Assembly: GCA_963981015.1 (NCBI GenBank)
Contig: CAXCCG010000001.1
Span: 12,560 to 76,559 of the forward strand
From: an uncultured Gammaproteobacteria bacterium
Lineage (GTDB): Bacteria; Pseudomonadota; Gammaproteobacteria; GCF-002020875
DNA length: 64,000 nucleotides
Reading direction: 5' to 3'
Positions within the stretch are counted from its first letter, which is position 1. Every line of letters begins with the position of its first letter. This document shows, one piece after another, positions 40,631 through 51,942 of the stretch. A program made the translations under genes and the position numbers. A model generated the notes under the pieces. That model worked only from the letters and a program-made list of their open reading frames with translations, searched no databases and had not been told where the DNA came from.

Positions 40631-40846
40631 GAAAACCCTGAATAAGTCATGAACGAGTGTCTTACGCCTATAGAACCCAAACTCTTCATTGAAAATCTTA
40701 TGAACAGTTCACGATTAGTTTCGATTTTTCAAAGTGAAACATATACGCCGGGCAAGACACTCTGGGGGCACCTTGATCTTGAACCCTCTTTTAAACCCTA
40801 TAGACAGACATGATTCATTTCGCACAGACTTATTCAGAGCTTCCCC
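40631..40846. mobile_element. divergent MITE-family member (copy 4, ~215 bp, degenerate TIRs)
   Basis: Shares the CCTGAATAAGTCATG...CAGACTTATTCAGAG ends and internal blocks (cgcctatagaacccaa..cttcattgaaaa..ccttgatcttg) with copies 1-3, but is ~30% diverged and longer. Confidence 0.6.
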
Positions 40847-40901
40847 GACTATTATCGCTCAAGGGTGATAATAGTCAGGTCTGAACTGGGATGAACTCTA
40901 C

Positions 40902-41360
40902 TCAGCCATCCCCATATTGCTGTGCTCCCATCCCATTCTCATCGGTAATGCAACTCTCTGGTGAACTGGATGAGAATCGGCTGGAGCTATAACGTAGTAC
41001 CAACACAGCAATACTCAAAATCAAAATTGAAGCTGAAATGGCAACCACTGACTCCATTGACATGGTCTTGATATCGATTGCCAGAAACCGGGTCATTGCA
41101 GTCATGGTGATAAACAGCAGGAAGATCACTGGAATACGGTGGGTACGGAAGAACACACCCACCATAGCCCCCAATTCCAGGTAGATAAAGAGTAACAAAA
41201 TATCTCCCAGAGAGGCATGCCCTTTTGTGATGATCGTTATATATTCAACCACTGCTGACCATACAATGGTTGCCCCAACGACAAACAACCCCAACAAGTG
41301 AAACCCCTCCACTACATTATCACCCGCGCTGTGTACCCAAGAATATTTTTGTTGACTCAT
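40902..41360 (-). CDS. psiE: phosphate-starvation-inducible PsiE-family membrane protein
   Basis: 152 aa; LFIYLELGAMVGVFF...IFLLFITMTAMTRFLAID parallels E. coli PsiE YFLYFEFIALIVKYF...VYIGITAIVRLIIVD. Confidence 0.65.
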   Translation of the reverse strand: MSQQKYSWVHSAGDNVVEGFHLLGLFVVGATIVWSAVVEYITIITKGHASLGDILLLFIYLELGAMVGVFFRTHRIPVIFLLFITMTAMTRFLAIDIKTMSMESVVAISASILILSIAVLVLRYSSSRFSSSSPESCITDENGMGAQQYGDG

Positions 41361-41497
41361 GAACTTCTCATTCCTACGCTGTTTTTAATAAAATGCCCTA
41401 CCTGTAACTTGAATTTTTATAGTAGCATACGCAACTGGATCGTTTTCAGAATAATAAAAACGAAAAAAATATCTATCAACTACTGTCTGGAGGAACT

Positions 41498-42112
41498 ATG
41501 AATTTCAAAAAGACTCTTGCTGCAGCGCCACTCTTGCTGCTTCCATTTACGCTACAAGCTGCCGATCTTGAGAACGGTAAAAAACTAAGCCGTAGCTGTG
41601 CACTCTGTCACGGCCAGTATTTGCAAGGGGTTGCTGGAGACCTCTACCCCCGACTCGCCGGCCTGCCCAGCGGCTATGTCGAAAATGAGCTGCACCGCCT
41701 TCAGGAAGGTCGCCGCAAGGCCCATATGCCAATGCTGATCACCAGCATGGTTGATATGTTGAGCGGCAGTGATATGGAAGATATTGCGAACTACATGGAA
41801 CATATCAATGTACCTGCTGCACATAAACGTAGCATTATGCAGGCCCCTGGAGATGTTGCGAAAGGCAAGGAAGTTTATCTGGAAGAGGAGTGCGATGGCT
41901 GTCACAACAAAGATGGCTCCGGAAAACCCAAGAAAGACATTCCCCCTCTGCGAGGTCAACACACAAGCTACCTGACCAAACAAATTGAAGAATTTAAAAA
42001 TATCACCCGTATCCATGATGGTGAAGATGAGAAAGAGGACAGCAGCTTTGCTGAATTTAACCAGGACATGGTACGTGACCTTGTTGCTTATCTCTCAACG
42101 CTTGACGATTAA
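41498..42112 (+). CDS. dihaem c-type cytochrome (cytochrome c4/c553-like), secreted
   Basis: 204 aa; signal peptide; two CxxCH haem-binding motifs (CALCHG, CDGCHN). Confidence 0.85.
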   Translation: MNFKKTLAAAPLLLLPFTLQAADLENGKKLSRSCALCHGQYLQGVAGDLYPRLAGLPSGYVENELHRLQEGRRKAHMPMLITSMVDMLSGSDMEDIANYMEHINVPAAHKRSIMQAPGDVAKGKEVYLEEECDGCHNKDGSGKPKKDIPPLRGQHTSYLTKQIEEFKNITRIHDGEDEKEDSSFAEFNQDMVRDLVAYLSTLDD

Positions 42113-42127
42113 TGGAGGAATCTGACC

Positions 42128-42631
42128 ATGAAATTTAACAATATCTTTTTTACGCTGCTATTCACTCTGCTGTTCTCAACCTCAGTATCTGCTACAGAGC
42201 CCAATGTTGGTGTTTTCAATGTAGAGCAATCGGTCATTAAAATTGCTCTGCGCGATGGCATTTCACCACAAGACGCTATTGACGCAATGATGTCAAAAGC
42301 CAGTGATCTGAATATGAAAAATGTAGGCCGACAAAATGTCTCGGGTGAACTACAAGCACGTGGTCAAAAAGTGGGCCATCTTGAGGTCTTTCAGTTCTGC
42401 CGACCAGCGGATGCCCGTGTGATGGCTGACTACAATGTAGTCTATGCCGCTTATATGCCTTGTCGCATCTCTATGGTTCAGGATAAGGCGGGACGCTACT
42501 GGTTGGTAACACTAAACCTGGACATGCTGATTGAGAATACCGTACTACCGGATGAGATCTATAGTCTCGCGATCAAAACCAACAGCAACATGTTGACAAT
42601 CATGTCCTCTGCAGCAACGGGTGAATTCTAA
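42128..42631 (+). CDS. DUF302 domain protein, secreted
   Basis: 167 aa; signal peptide; LEVFQFCRPADARVM...MPCRISMVQDKAGRYWLVTLN fits DUF302 conserved blocks. Confidence 0.7.
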   Translation: MKFNNIFFTLLFTLLFSTSVSATEPNVGVFNVEQSVIKIALRDGISPQDAIDAMMSKASDLNMKNVGRQNVSGELQARGQKVGHLEVFQFCRPADARVMADYNVVYAAYMPCRISMVQDKAGRYWLVTLNLDMLIENTVLPDEIYSLAIKTNSNMLTIMSSAATGEF

Positions 42632-42663
42632 ACACCCCCCCCTTTCATTAAAGAGAACGATAA

Positions 42664-42696
42664 GCGGAAGAGGTTCAAACCTCTTCCGCTTTTTTT
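42664..42696. terminator. Rho-independent terminator (bidirectional candidate)
   Basis: GCGGAAGAGGTT-caaa-CCTCTTCCGC followed by T7; lies between convergent genes. Confidence 0.7.
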
Positions 42697-42705
42697 GCCT
42701 CCAAT

Positions 42706-43161
42706 TCATAGCTCTCCATTGCCTGCACGACCAATGGCTGCAGTAGACATTACAAAGGTAGCTAACACCAGAAGTATCGCCGGCATCACAGCAACGCGTG
42801 TCAAGGCTACAAATGCGATAGAGTCAGGCTCTACAAACAGACGCACCAAGCCGATCAACAGCGCTACAACAGCATATCCAATATAGAGCCAGCGGAACCG
42901 TTTCAGCCCTTGTGTCCAATGTGATTGAAGCCATTGCATAGAATCCTGATCAAATGCCATAACCTTGTTACGATAATAGAGCAGCAACAGGCTGCTGGAA
43001 ATCACCGGCACCAGCATCCCCCAATAACCAAAGCCAAAGGATAGTCCTGCCGGTACCGCCAGCAGGTGGGAGAAAATCAGATTCAATACAAAGAGCTCAT
43101 GAGGACGTTTTCCCTCTCTACACACCGTGGGATTATCTTGATGTTCATTTTGACTCTGCAT
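42706..43161 (-). CDS. hypothetical membrane protein downstream of ccoS
   Basis: About 151 aa from MQSQNEHQD with 4 TM segments; the 5' end overlaps the ccoS stop. Confidence 0.45.
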   Translation of the reverse strand: MQSQNEHQDNPTVCREGKRPHELFVLNLIFSHLLAVPAGLSFGFGYWGMLVPVISSSLLLLYYRNKVMAFDQDSMQWLQSHWTQGLKRFRWLYIGYAVVALLIGLVRLFVEPDSIAFVALTRVAVMPAILLVLATFVMSTAAIGRAGNGEL

Positions 43162-43360
43162 CTTGCTCTCCTCTGCTGCTATCTGTAGATGATACAGTGG
43201 GGGTTGGAGCATCCGGCATCCGATCATCATCCATCAGGATTCTCGCACCATCCCCCTCCAAATCATCATACTGTCCTTTTCTGATTGCAATGATTAACAC
43301 TGCGACCAAAATAATACCCATTAAAATCATTCCGGGTATCAACACATAGATCACTTCCAT
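43145..43360 (-). CDS. ccoS: cbb3-type cytochrome oxidase maturation protein CcoS
   Basis: 71 aa single-TM protein (MEVIYVLIPGMILMGIILVAVLI) immediately after ccoI. Confidence 0.8.
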   Translation of the reverse strand: MEVIYVLIPGMILMGIILVAVLIIAIRKGQYDDLEGDGARILMDDDRMPDAPTPTVSSTDSSRGEQDAESK

Positions 43361-43404
43361 TTTATTGACCTTATTCTACTCAAGCAATGAATCATGAGGC
43401 GGTT

Positions 43405-45885
43405 CTAATCCTTTTTATTAACCACGTGACGCCCAACCTCACTCCGGATTCGCGCCGCATTTCCAATCACCAACAGTGAGCTGATGGGCATCGAAACCGC
43501 TGCAACCAGTGGTGTAATCCAGGCCATCATCGCCAAGGGGATCATAATAAGATTGTATAGAATTGAGATTGCAATATTTTGTCTAATTGTTTTAAGTGTT
43601 CGCTTGGAGAGTCGACTTGCCAGCTCAACCTGCTCTAGTTCGCTGCTGAGCAACACAATATCTGCACTTTCAACCGAAACATCTGTTCCGGAACCCATTG
43701 CGATACCAACATCTGCCATAATCAGTGCCGGAGCATCATTAACACCATCTCCGACCATTGCAATCATCTCACCCTGTTGCTGAAGTTCACGAATTACGGC
43801 AGCCTTTTGTTCCGGCAATACCTCGGCAATCACCTTCATCCCCCCTCCCAGGGCTGCTGCGGTTGCTTCTGCAACCTGTTTGCGATCTCCCGTCAATAGT
43901 GAGGTTCTCATCCCCTGCTGGTGCAAACGCTGTATCAGTCCAGAAGCACCATTGCGCAGCTGGTCTGCCAGGGTAGCAATACCTATCACTTCTTTATCCA
44001 CTGCGAGATAGACTACACTTTCTGCGAGTTTCTCTCTCTGAAGTGCATACTCTTCAAGACTTGAGCTACAGCTGACCTGGTTCTTTTTCATCCAGCTGGC
44101 AGTACCCATGAATAGAGTACGCCCCTCAACAACCCCCTGTACACCGGCCCCCGGTGCATACTGAAAATCACTCAGTTGCACCTCATTAAGCTGCTCATTA
44201 TCCAGCAACAATTCGGCCTGATGCACAATAGCATGAGCAACCGGGTGCTCTGAATAGCGTTCCAGTGCATGTGCGAGTTGGTAGAAACGCTGTTCATGCT
44301 CTCCTGCTACTAGTTGCAGCTGCTGCACCTGCAACTGCCCTTGGGTCAAAGTCCCTGTTTTATCAAATATCAGATGACGGATTGCAGAGAATGACTCCAA
44401 TACACCTCCATTTTTGACTAATACACCGTGCCGGGCTCCGACTCCAGAGGCAACCGCAATCGCCATTGGCGTTGCCAGACCGAATGCACAGGGGCAGGTA
44501 ATGATCAGCACCGAGGTCGCAGCCATCAGTGCAACCTCAAAATCAACCTGGAGCCAAAAGAGGAAAGTAGCCCCCGCCAGAACAAGTGTTGCCATAACAA
44601 ACCAGGGGACAATACGATCTGCTGTACATTGAATCGGGGCCTTTGAGGCTTGCGCCTCTTCAACCAGATCAATAATTCGCCCCAGAGCACTATTTTTCAG
44701 CACCCCTTCAACTTCAAGCTCAACCACCCCATGACCATTCACTGTTCCTGCATATAGCCTGTCTCCTGCCTGCTTATGGACAGGAAGTGATTCACCACTG
44801 AGCATCGATTCATCAACCTCACTCTGCCCCGACACCATCCACCCATCAACTGCTACTCTCTGTCCAGGCTTGACCCGAACCCGATCTCCCTGCTTCAGCA
44901 ATCGCACCGCCACAACCTCTTCTTCATTTGTACCAATCCGTAAGGCCACACGCGGCTGAAGGTCCATCAAGCGCTGAGTAGAAGAGACGGCTTTACGTTT
45001 GGCTGCAGATTCCAGGTAACGCCCTACCAATATCACAAAAATGAAGTTGACCACGGTATCAAAATAGACTTCCCCTATCTCATTTCCACTTACGGTGATA
45101 TACGTTGAATAGAGATAAGTTATCGTGGCACCAATCGCAATCGGTAAATCCATGGTTAAGTGGCGAACTTTCAATCCACTCCATGCCCCTTTCAGAAATG
45201 GAAAACCCGAGTAGAGCAGTGTTGGCGTAGCAAGCAAGAATCCTAACCAGTGAAACCAGTGTCGAAACTCACCCTCATCTGCACCACTGTAGAGTGCAAT
45301 CGAGATCCACAACAGGTTCATCATCGTAAATCCTGCGAAAACCAGACGATAAAGCAGTGATCGATCCCGTTTTCTGAGCGTCCCTTCTGCCGTCTCCGGA
45401 TCAAAGGGAACCGCAACATAGCCAATTTGAGAGAGCCGTATAATCGCCTCAGAGAGCTTAATCTGCTGTGGGTCCCAACGAAGATGGAGCCTTTTACCGG
45501 AGAGATTTACCTGGGCTGAGTGGACCCCCTGCAACGGCTCCAGAGAATGTTCTATCAACCAAACACATGCCGCACAGTGAATGCCTTCAACCAGTAAATT
45601 GATCTCTCGTAACCCGCCGCTAGAACGGACATACTCAGACTGAATCTCCTCAAGATCGAAAAGTGCGGCCTCTTCAGAAAGTTCCGGAGGAGGCGCTAAT
45701 TGAATGCCTTCAGGGGTACGCTCATAGAAACCTTCCATGCCGGCACCATAAATTGCCTGACAGACACTACCACAGCCGTGACAGCAAAACTGCCGCTGCT
45801 CTCCCTGGATTAAACGGTTAACCGGCTGTTGATCTGGAACAGGAAGGCCGCAGTGGTAACAGCCCTCCTTATGGTGCCTACTCAT
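43405..45885 (-). CDS. ccoI: copper-translocating P1B-type ATPase CcoI/FixI
   Basis: 826 aa; N-terminal CxxC metal-binding repeats, CPC in TM6 ([12 protein letters not shown]), DKTGTLT phosphorylation site, GDGVNDAP hinge. Confidence 0.92.
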   Translation of the reverse strand: MSRHHKEGCYHCGLPVPDQQPVNRLIQGEQRQFCCHGCGSVCQAIYGAGMEGFYERTPEGIQLAPPPELSEEAALFDLEEIQSEYVRSSGGLREINLLVEGIHCAACVWLIEHSLEPLQGVHSAQVNLSGKRLHLRWDPQQIKLSEAIIRLSQIGYVAVPFDPETAEGTLRKRDRSLLYRLVFAGFTMMNLLWISIALYSGADEGEFRHWFHWLGFLLATPTLLYSGFPFLKGAWSGLKVRHLTMDLPIAIGATITYLYSTYITVSGNEIGEVYFDTVVNFIFVILVGRYLESAAKRKAVSSTQRLMDLQPRVALRIGTNEEEVVAVRLLKQGDRVRVKPGQRVAVDGWMVSGQSEVDESMLSGESLPVHKQAGDRLYAGTVNGHGVVELEVEGVLKNSALGRIIDLVEEAQASKAPIQCTADRIVPWFVMATLVLAGATFLFWLQVDFEVALMAATSVLIITCPCAFGLATPMAIAVASGVGARHGVLVKNGGVLESFSAIRHLIFDKTGTLTQGQLQVQQLQLVAGEHEQRFYQLAHALERYSEHPVAHAIVHQAELLLDNEQLNEVQLSDFQYAPGAGVQGVVEGRTLFMGTASWMKKNQVSCSSSLEEYALQREKLAESVVYLAVDKEVIGIATLADQLRNGASGLIQRLHQQGMRTSLLTGDRKQVAEATAAALGGGMKVIAEVLPEQKAAVIRELQQQGEMIAMVGDGVNDAPALIMADVGIAMGSGTDVSVESADIVLLSSELEQVELASRLSKRTLKTIRQNIAISILYNLIMIPLAMMAWITPLVAAVSMPISSLLVIGNAARIRSEVGRHVVNKKD

Positions 45886-45921
45886 TCGCAGTGATCAAGT
45901 CCGGGAAGGTAAACAGCAGGC

Positions 45922-46431
45922 TTAAGAGGCCTCGGCATGTACCCGTTGTTCAGCGGTGTACGTATCCTCTTCGTGTTTCAGGGTTACTTGAAGATCCCAC
46001 ACCCCCTTCAACATGACCGTATAGTATGCACGATAGATACCCGGCTCGGTTTCAAGCAGAGAGACAATCATATCTTGCTGTCGATCTGAAGGTCTATAAA
46101 CCTGCAGATTACCACTCAAGCCAGTTACCTCCTTGCCATCTCTATCCATTACCGTAATTTGAAGCTGAGAAGGCGCACCAACTTTAACAACCCCAGACTC
46201 AAGGGATACTTGCCAACCCAAGCGTTTGCGTGCCTCGATCAGCTGCAGTACAGTGCGCTCATAGTCTCTGCCCTGCTCATAATAGTCATCTTTAACCAGA
46301 CCAGGATTGGTCAGAAAGGCGGTCATAATCATCCCTATATTGACCAGCACAACAACAACCAGCAGTAAAATCCACCCTAACACCCACGGGTTTTTAAATG
46401 CCTGTTTATTGGATTGGGATAAAAAACTCAT
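45922..46431 (-). CDS. ccoH: cbb3 oxidase assembly protein CcoH/FixH
   Basis: 169 aa, single N-terminal TM, FixH-like; position between ccoG and ccoI. Confidence 0.8.
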   Translation of the reverse strand: MSFLSQSNKQAFKNPWVLGWILLLVVVVLVNIGMIMTAFLTNPGLVKDDYYEQGRDYERTVLQLIEARKRLGWQVSLESGVVKVGAPSQLQITVMDRDGKEVTGLSGNLQVYRPSDRQQDMIVSLLETEPGIYRAYYTVMLKGVWDLQVTLKHEEDTYTAEQRVHAEAS

Positions 46432-46455
46432 CTGTAATATTCCTCGATTAAAATT

Positions 46456-47871
46456 CTACCTAGGTCCTAAGAACATACTCTCATATTTTGAGTTCAACTC
46501 AGGCTTCTCTACCCCTTCCAATTTGAAATAGACGGGCATAGAACTCTCTTTCATCGCTCTACGTGGCAATCTCAGGTAGACCGTATAAGGGGCCACTTTT
46601 CCCGGAGGAGAGACGAATGGTTCCTCAGCCCCAACCAGCTCGACCCCTTCCAACCCTTCCGCTGTTACTCGGACAGTCATCTGTTCATTGGTCTTATTGA
46701 GGATCTTCAACTCATATTTATTCTGAATGGATCCATTACTCAGTTGAACAAACAGCGGCTGACGTTCATGCAGTACCTTGATTTCCAAACCCGTTATATT
46801 CAGCAGACCATAAATAATACCCACAAAAGAGAGCGTCATAATCACAAGATAGACCAGTACTCTAGGCCGTTTCATCAACGGTAATACCGGTTTACCTTCA
46901 AGCGCATCCACCGACTCATATCGAATCAATCCATGTGGTTTATCAATTTTATCCATTACCGAGTTACAGGCATCAATACATAGTGCACAGGTAATACACC
47001 CCTCATCCAACCCATGACGAATATCAACACCCGTTGGGCAGACTGCAACACACTGGTTACAGTCAATGCAGTCTCCATTACCCTCAACAGTCTCCCCCTT
47101 CTTGAGACGTCCGCGAGGCTCACCACGATTATAATCGTACGTTGGAATCATTGACTCACGATCCAGCATCACCGCTTGAATACGTGCATAGGGGCAGAGC
47201 CAGAAACAGGTCTGTTCACGCAATACCCCCGCCATAATATAGGTCCCAACCGTAAACAGTGCCAGAACACTCCACTCGGTTGAACTTGCTGTCAGCGTAA
47301 AATAATCAATCCATAGCTGATAGACATCGGTAAACCATGCCACAAAACTGACCCCTGTAAACATCGAAACCAGTATCCACAACAGGTGTTTTTTCAACTT
47401 AACAACAATTTTATCTACATTCCAAGAGGCTTTATCCAGCTTTTTACGCTTCGCAGGAGATCCCTCCAGCTTCTCTTCCAACCAGGTAAAGATATCCACC
47501 CAGATAGTCTGAAAGCAGAAGAAACCACAGTAGACACGACCAAACAAGGTTGTCACCACAGCCAGCATGATCGCAAAAAAAAGCAGCACCAATGAAAGCA
47601 TCCAGACATCTTGGGGCAGAATAGTAATCTCAAAGATATGGTATTGACGCCCGGGAATGTCAAACAGGACAGCCTGTCGACCATTCCAGCGTAGATAAGG
47701 CCCAAAAAAGAAGAGCAACCAGCTTGAAGCGGCAATCCATTTCAGCCTACGAAACGCTCCTGGCATCCTTTTGGCGTGAATCGTCTCTTCACCGGTATTG
47801 ATTTTCCACTCTTGACTCTCTGCATAGAGCGCATCAACTTCCTTTCGTTGACTGGATGTTGCCTCTGACAT
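46456..47871 (-). CDS. ccoG: cbb3 oxidase accessory ferredoxin CcoG/FixG
   Basis: 471 aa; TM segments and two 4Fe-4S motifs (CIDCNQCVAVCP, CITCALCIDACN). Confidence 0.9.
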   Translation of the reverse strand: MSEATSSQRKEVDALYAESQEWKINTGEETIHAKRMPGAFRRLKWIAASSWLLFFFGPYLRWNGRQAVLFDIPGRQYHIFEITILPQDVWMLSLVLLFFAIMLAVVTTLFGRVYCGFFCFQTIWVDIFTWLEEKLEGSPAKRKKLDKASWNVDKIVVKLKKHLLWILVSMFTGVSFVAWFTDVYQLWIDYFTLTASSTEWSVLALFTVGTYIMAGVLREQTCFWLCPYARIQAVMLDRESMIPTYDYNRGEPRGRLKKGETVEGNGDCIDCNQCVAVCPTGVDIRHGLDEGCITCALCIDACNSVMDKIDKPHGLIRYESVDALEGKPVLPLMKRPRVLVYLVIMTLSFVGIIYGLLNITGLEIKVLHERQPLFVQLSNGSIQNKYELKILNKTNEQMTVRVTAEGLEGVELVGAEEPFVSPPGKVAPYTVYLRLPRRAMKESSMPVYFKLEGVEKPELNSKYESMFLGPR

Positions 47872-48040
47872 AACAAATAGACTCCACTAAACCCCATTAA
47901 ACTTACTAAGCTATTACGAAAAAATGAATATTCGTACTCCATGTGGCTGTCCGAGAATAGAGAGCCTACTATTTCTAAACCATTTCAGTCATAAAGTACT
48001 CACGTTTTACCATATTTAGCTGATATTTTCTCTATAAGAT

Positions 48041-48074
48041 CAAGATAAAAAGGGGAGCAGTATCACTGCTCCCC
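48041..48074 (-). terminator. Rho-independent terminator after cco structural operon
   Basis: GGGGAGCAG-tatca-CTGCTCCCC perfect hairpin followed on the minus strand by TTTTTATC. Confidence 0.65.
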
Positions 48075-48100
48075 TCCGGTACAACATCAAGTTCTAACAA

Positions 48101-48238
48101 TCAGTCTTCTGAATGTGTGGTATTCATCAGTGTACGCAATTTAAACCCTAAATAGATAACGATGATTGCAGTAACACCAATAGCAGCTACCGATGCTATA
48201 AGTACAAAATCTAGATCATGTCCGGTAAACATTCCCAT
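48101..48238 (-). CDS. 45-aa single-TM peptide downstream of ccoP (not in the ORF track)
   Basis: MGMFTGHDLDFVLIASVAAIGVTAIIVIYLGFKLRTLMNTTHSED; sits between the ccoP stop and the terminator. Confidence 0.3.
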   Translation of the reverse strand: MGMFTGHDLDFVLIASVAAIGVTAIIVIYLGFKLRTLMNTTHSED

Positions 48239-48304
48239 AACACTATCCCTCTCTGCTAAACCTCTCTTATCTGAAGCAGATAAGAGAGGGAATTATTATC
48301 AAAT

Positions 48305-49228
48305 TTACTGACCGCCACCTAATTGGTGAACATAAACAGCAAGCTTCTTAACTGAACCAGCACTCAAATCCTTACCCAAAGGACCAAAAGCAGGCATCAC
48401 TGCATTTCGTGACGCAGGATCAATCAGCTCACTATTCACACCATGGGCAATGGTATGCAGTGCACTAGCGTGACGATGATCACCGCCACCACTGACTTCA
48501 AAGCGCCATACAGCATCTGTCAAGTTTGCTGAACCGAGTGCCGCCATACCCTTGGCATCCATACCGTGACAAGCAAAACAGCCACCCTTGGTTGGATTGA
48601 TAAACAACTCTTTACCTACAGCATGCTCACCACCTTCACTCAGAGCAACTACATGCTTGGCTAGGTCAGCAATTTCAGTTTCGCTCAGGCGTGCCCCATA
48701 GTTTGGCATGATTCCCTTACGACCATTGTAGATGGTTGTCTCAATCTGTTCGACGGTACCACCGTAGAGCCAATCATCATCTGCCAATACTGGATAGCCA
48801 GACTGTGCTGCAGACATTGCACCATTACCTGAACCACCAGAACCATGACAGGCTGCACAGTAGTCACCAAAAAGTACCTTGGCAGATCGTACTGTATAGT
48901 TCTTCAGATCATCATCAGCAAGGATCATCGCAGCAGAGGTTTTTGGATCATTGATCTTATCCTCCCACTTCTGACGAACCTCATCAATTGCAGCCAAGTC
49001 AGCTTTATACTCACTAACTGCAGTCCAACCCAATGATCCTTTACTGTACCCTTCGAGATCCAGTGAAGGAATTGAAGGGTATAGGAAGAAGTAGACCAGA
49101 CACCAGATCCAGCTCGCGTGCAGACCAATGGTCCACCAACCAGGAGGATCGTTACTCAGCTCACGCAGGGTATCATCCCAGAAGTGACCTGTATTATTTT
49201 CATTTGGAAACGGATTATTCTCACTCAT
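48305..49228 (-). CDS. ccoP: cbb3-type cytochrome c oxidase subunit CcoP (dihaem)
   Basis: 307 aa; two CxxCH motifs (CAACHG, CFACHG). Confidence 0.92.
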   Translation of the reverse strand: MSENNPFPNENNTGHFWDDTLRELSNDPPGWWTIGLHASWIWCLVYFFLYPSIPSLDLEGYSKGSLGWTAVSEYKADLAAIDEVRQKWEDKINDPKTSAAMILADDDLKNYTVRSAKVLFGDYCAACHGSGGSGNGAMSAAQSGYPVLADDDWLYGGTVEQIETTIYNGRKGIMPNYGARLSETEIADLAKHVVALSEGGEHAVGKELFINPTKGGCFACHGMDAKGMAALGSANLTDAVWRFEVSGGGDHRHASALHTIAHGVNSELIDPASRNAVMPAFGPLGKDLSAGSVKKLAVYVHQLGGGQ

Positions 49229-49461
49229 TTGTTTTCTCCGTGAATGCTGTTTTCAGCCAGAAATTTCTCCCCTTCTACCCCATCCACGAGGTAGCGTTGA
49301 GACTCTAACTGCTCTTTGTTCTTTGGATTAAAGACCAGAAAGTAGGCTACCGCTAACACGAGCGCCACGGTTACAGTCACGATCAATCCAACCCAATCGT
49401 TTACTGTCATCGAAGCCCAGTCGGTATAGAAGTAGCCCATCTCTTTTTCCGTACTCATCAC
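49225..49461 (-). CDS. ccoQ: cbb3-type cytochrome c oxidase subunit CcoQ
   Basis: 78 aa single-TM protein between ccoO and ccoP with 4-nt overlaps. Confidence 0.8.
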   Translation of the reverse strand: MMSTEKEMGYFYTDWASMTVNDWVGLIVTVTVALVLAVAYFLVFNPKNKEQLESQRYLVDGVEGEKFLAENSIHGENK

Positions 49462-50183
49462 TTACGGTAGGTCTTGCTGTAATCCAGTTTAGCCATGGTT
49501 CCGAGCACCTGGAGATATGCAATCATTGCATCCATCTCCGTCTTGCCACGGATCTTCTCAGCCGCACCATTGATGTCCGAATCCAGATAAGGAACTTTTC
49601 CTATACCTGGCATCATCTGCATCACTTTCATGCGTGCCTCGATACCATCAGCGTCCACCTGATTCTCAGCCAGCCATGGATAGTTTGGCATTACAGACTC
49701 AGGAACTACAGAGCGAGGAGCCATCAGATGCTGGCGCTGCCACTCATCTGAGTATTTGCCTCCCAAACGCGCCAGATCAGGTCCGGTACGCTTTGAACCC
49801 CACTGAAAAGGATGATCATACATGGACTCAGAAGCGAGTGAGTAGTGACCATAACGCTCTTTCTCATCACGGAAAGGACGAATCATCTGCGAGTGGCAGA
49901 GGAAACAACCTTCACGAATATAGATATCACGCCCTGCAAGCTCTAGCGCAGTGTAAGGACGAATACCATCACCTGCTTTCCAGGTTTCCAGGGTATCACC
50001 CTCTTTACGTTGCCAAAGAATCTCAGGATTTGCATTGTGCTCCATAGTCTCATCAATTGTGAAGAGTGGAACAATCTCTACCAGACCACCGACAGAAACG
50101 GCCACCATGGTAAAGAGCAGCATCAAGATCGCGCTACGCTCGATCTTATCCTGAAGTTTGGTTGAATAAATCTTATCAGCCAT
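49458..50183 (-). CDS. ccoO: cbb3-type cytochrome c oxidase subunit CcoO (monohaem)
   Basis: 241 aa; CFLCHS haem motif. Confidence 0.93.
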   Translation of the reverse strand: MADKIYSTKLQDKIERSAILMLLFTMVAVSVGGLVEIVPLFTIDETMEHNANPEILWQRKEGDTLETWKAGDGIRPYTALELAGRDIYIREGCFLCHSQMIRPFRDEKERYGHYSLASESMYDHPFQWGSKRTGPDLARLGGKYSDEWQRQHLMAPRSVVPESVMPNYPWLAENQVDADGIEARMKVMQMMPGIGKVPYLDSDINGAAEKIRGKTEMDAMIAYLQVLGTMAKLDYSKTYRK

Positions 50184-50201
50184 CGTTATCTACTCCCTTA
50201 T

Positions 50202-51596
50202 TTAAGCTTGACGGTCTTTTGCTGTCGCAACCGTTACCACCACGTTGTAAAGCATTACAACGCCCCCAAGCCAGTAGATCAGGCCACCAATTGCACGCAT
50301 CTTGTAGTAAGGCATCATCGCCGCTACAGATTCTGCGAAGGTATAGCTCAAAGTGCCATACTCATCATAGTCGCGCCACATCAGCCCCTGCATGATACCG
50401 GATACCCACATCGCAGTGATGTAGACCACCGCACCGATTGTTGCCAACCAGAAATGCAGATTAACCAACGCTGGAGAGTACATTTTGGTATTCCAAAGTT
50501 TCTCAACCAAATGGTAGAGGGCACCTGCTGCAACCATTGCTACCCAACCCAATGCACCGGAGTGTACGTGTCCAATCGTCCAGTCTGTGTAGTGAGAGAG
50601 TGCATTCACTGTCTTCACGGACATTACAGGGCCTTCAAAGGTAGACATTGCATAGAACGCGAGTGAAACGATGAGGAAACGCAAAATGTAATCATCACGC
50701 AATTTATCCCAGGCTCCAGAGAGCGTCATCATTCCGTTTACCGCACCACCCCAAGACGGGATGATCATTGCCAGAGAGACTGCTGCACCGAGTGATCCAG
50801 TCCAGTCAGGCAGTGCTGTGTACTGAAGGTGATGTGCTCCCAGCCATACATAACCAAACATCAGTGCCCAGAAGTGGATCACAGAGAGGCGGTATGAGTA
50901 GACCGGACGGTTCGCCTGTTTCGGTACAAAGTAGTACATGATCCCGAGGAAGCCTGCAGTCAGGTAGAAACCAACTGCATTATGGCCCCACCACCACTGA
51001 ATCATCGCATCCTGAACACCAGAGAACAGTGAATAGGATTTAAACAGACTCACGGGGATTGCCAAGCTATTGACCACATGTAAATAAGTGATCATTACCA
51101 GCATTCCGAGGAAGAACCAGTTAGAAACATAAATATGTGAAGTCTTCTTGTTGACCAATGTCATCACAAAATTGATAAAGAAACTCAACCAGACAACGGC
51201 GATCGCCAAGTCAATCGGCCACTCCAGCTCTGCATACTCCTTACCCTGAGTGATACCCAGTGGCAGAGTAATTACTGCTGAAACGATGATCAGGTTCCAT
51301 CCCCAGAAGGTGAACCATGCCATGCCCGGACTCCAGATACGTGTACCACAGGTACGCTGTACACTATAGAAGGCCGTTGCCATCAACGTTGAACCACCAA
51401 ACGCAAAAATCACTGCATTTGTATGGAGAGGACGGAGACGACCAAAAGTCGTATACGGTAAGTCCAGATTCAATACTGGCCAAGCCAACTCCGCTGCGAT
51501 ATAGAAACCAACCAGGGTCCCTACAACCAGATAGACCACCGCGGCGATGGAAAACCACCGAACGGCACTAAAGTCATATTTTTCTGCTGCTTCCAC
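50202..51596 (-). CDS. ccoN: cbb3-type cytochrome c oxidase subunit CcoN (catalytic)
   Basis: 464 aa; 12 TM haem-copper oxidase subunit I fold with conserved His ligands. Confidence 0.95.
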   Translation of the reverse strand: MEAAEKYDFSAVRWFSIAAVVYLVVGTLVGFYIAAELAWPVLNLDLPYTTFGRLRPLHTNAVIFAFGGSTLMATAFYSVQRTCGTRIWSPGMAWFTFWGWNLIIVSAVITLPLGITQGKEYAELEWPIDLAIAVVWLSFFINFVMTLVNKKTSHIYVSNWFFLGMLVMITYLHVVNSLAIPVSLFKSYSLFSGVQDAMIQWWWGHNAVGFYLTAGFLGIMYYFVPKQANRPVYSYRLSVIHFWALMFGYVWLGAHHLQYTALPDWTGSLGAAVSLAMIIPSWGGAVNGMMTLSGAWDKLRDDYILRFLIVSLAFYAMSTFEGPVMSVKTVNALSHYTDWTIGHVHSGALGWVAMVAAGALYHLVEKLWNTKMYSPALVNLHFWLATIGAVVYITAMWVSGIMQGLMWRDYDEYGTLSYTFAESVAAMMPYYKMRAIGGLIYWLGGVVMLYNVVVTVATAKDRQA

Positions 51597-51942
51597 GAAA
51601 AACCTCCCTAAGGGATCATGAAAAAATTAGATAAAAGGTGCCATTCACTGCTATATCTTCTTAAAGTGTATAGAGCACCACCGACTACTAAATAATTGCT
51701 TTTATGAAAACATACCCTTCAAACAGCTCAAAAGTATGTATATTCTACGGGCAATTCGCCAGCATATTACCTCGTGAGAAACCCTTTTACAAGAACTACA
51801 AACACTCTTTATAACCCATAGAAATAGTCAGACACTGAACTTTCTACTTCCATGAAAGCCAGCTCTGACAGCTGATACAATACTTCCCTTTAACACCCCA
51901 TAAATAGATAACGTACAGGCAGTGCGTATCCGGTAAAAACTG

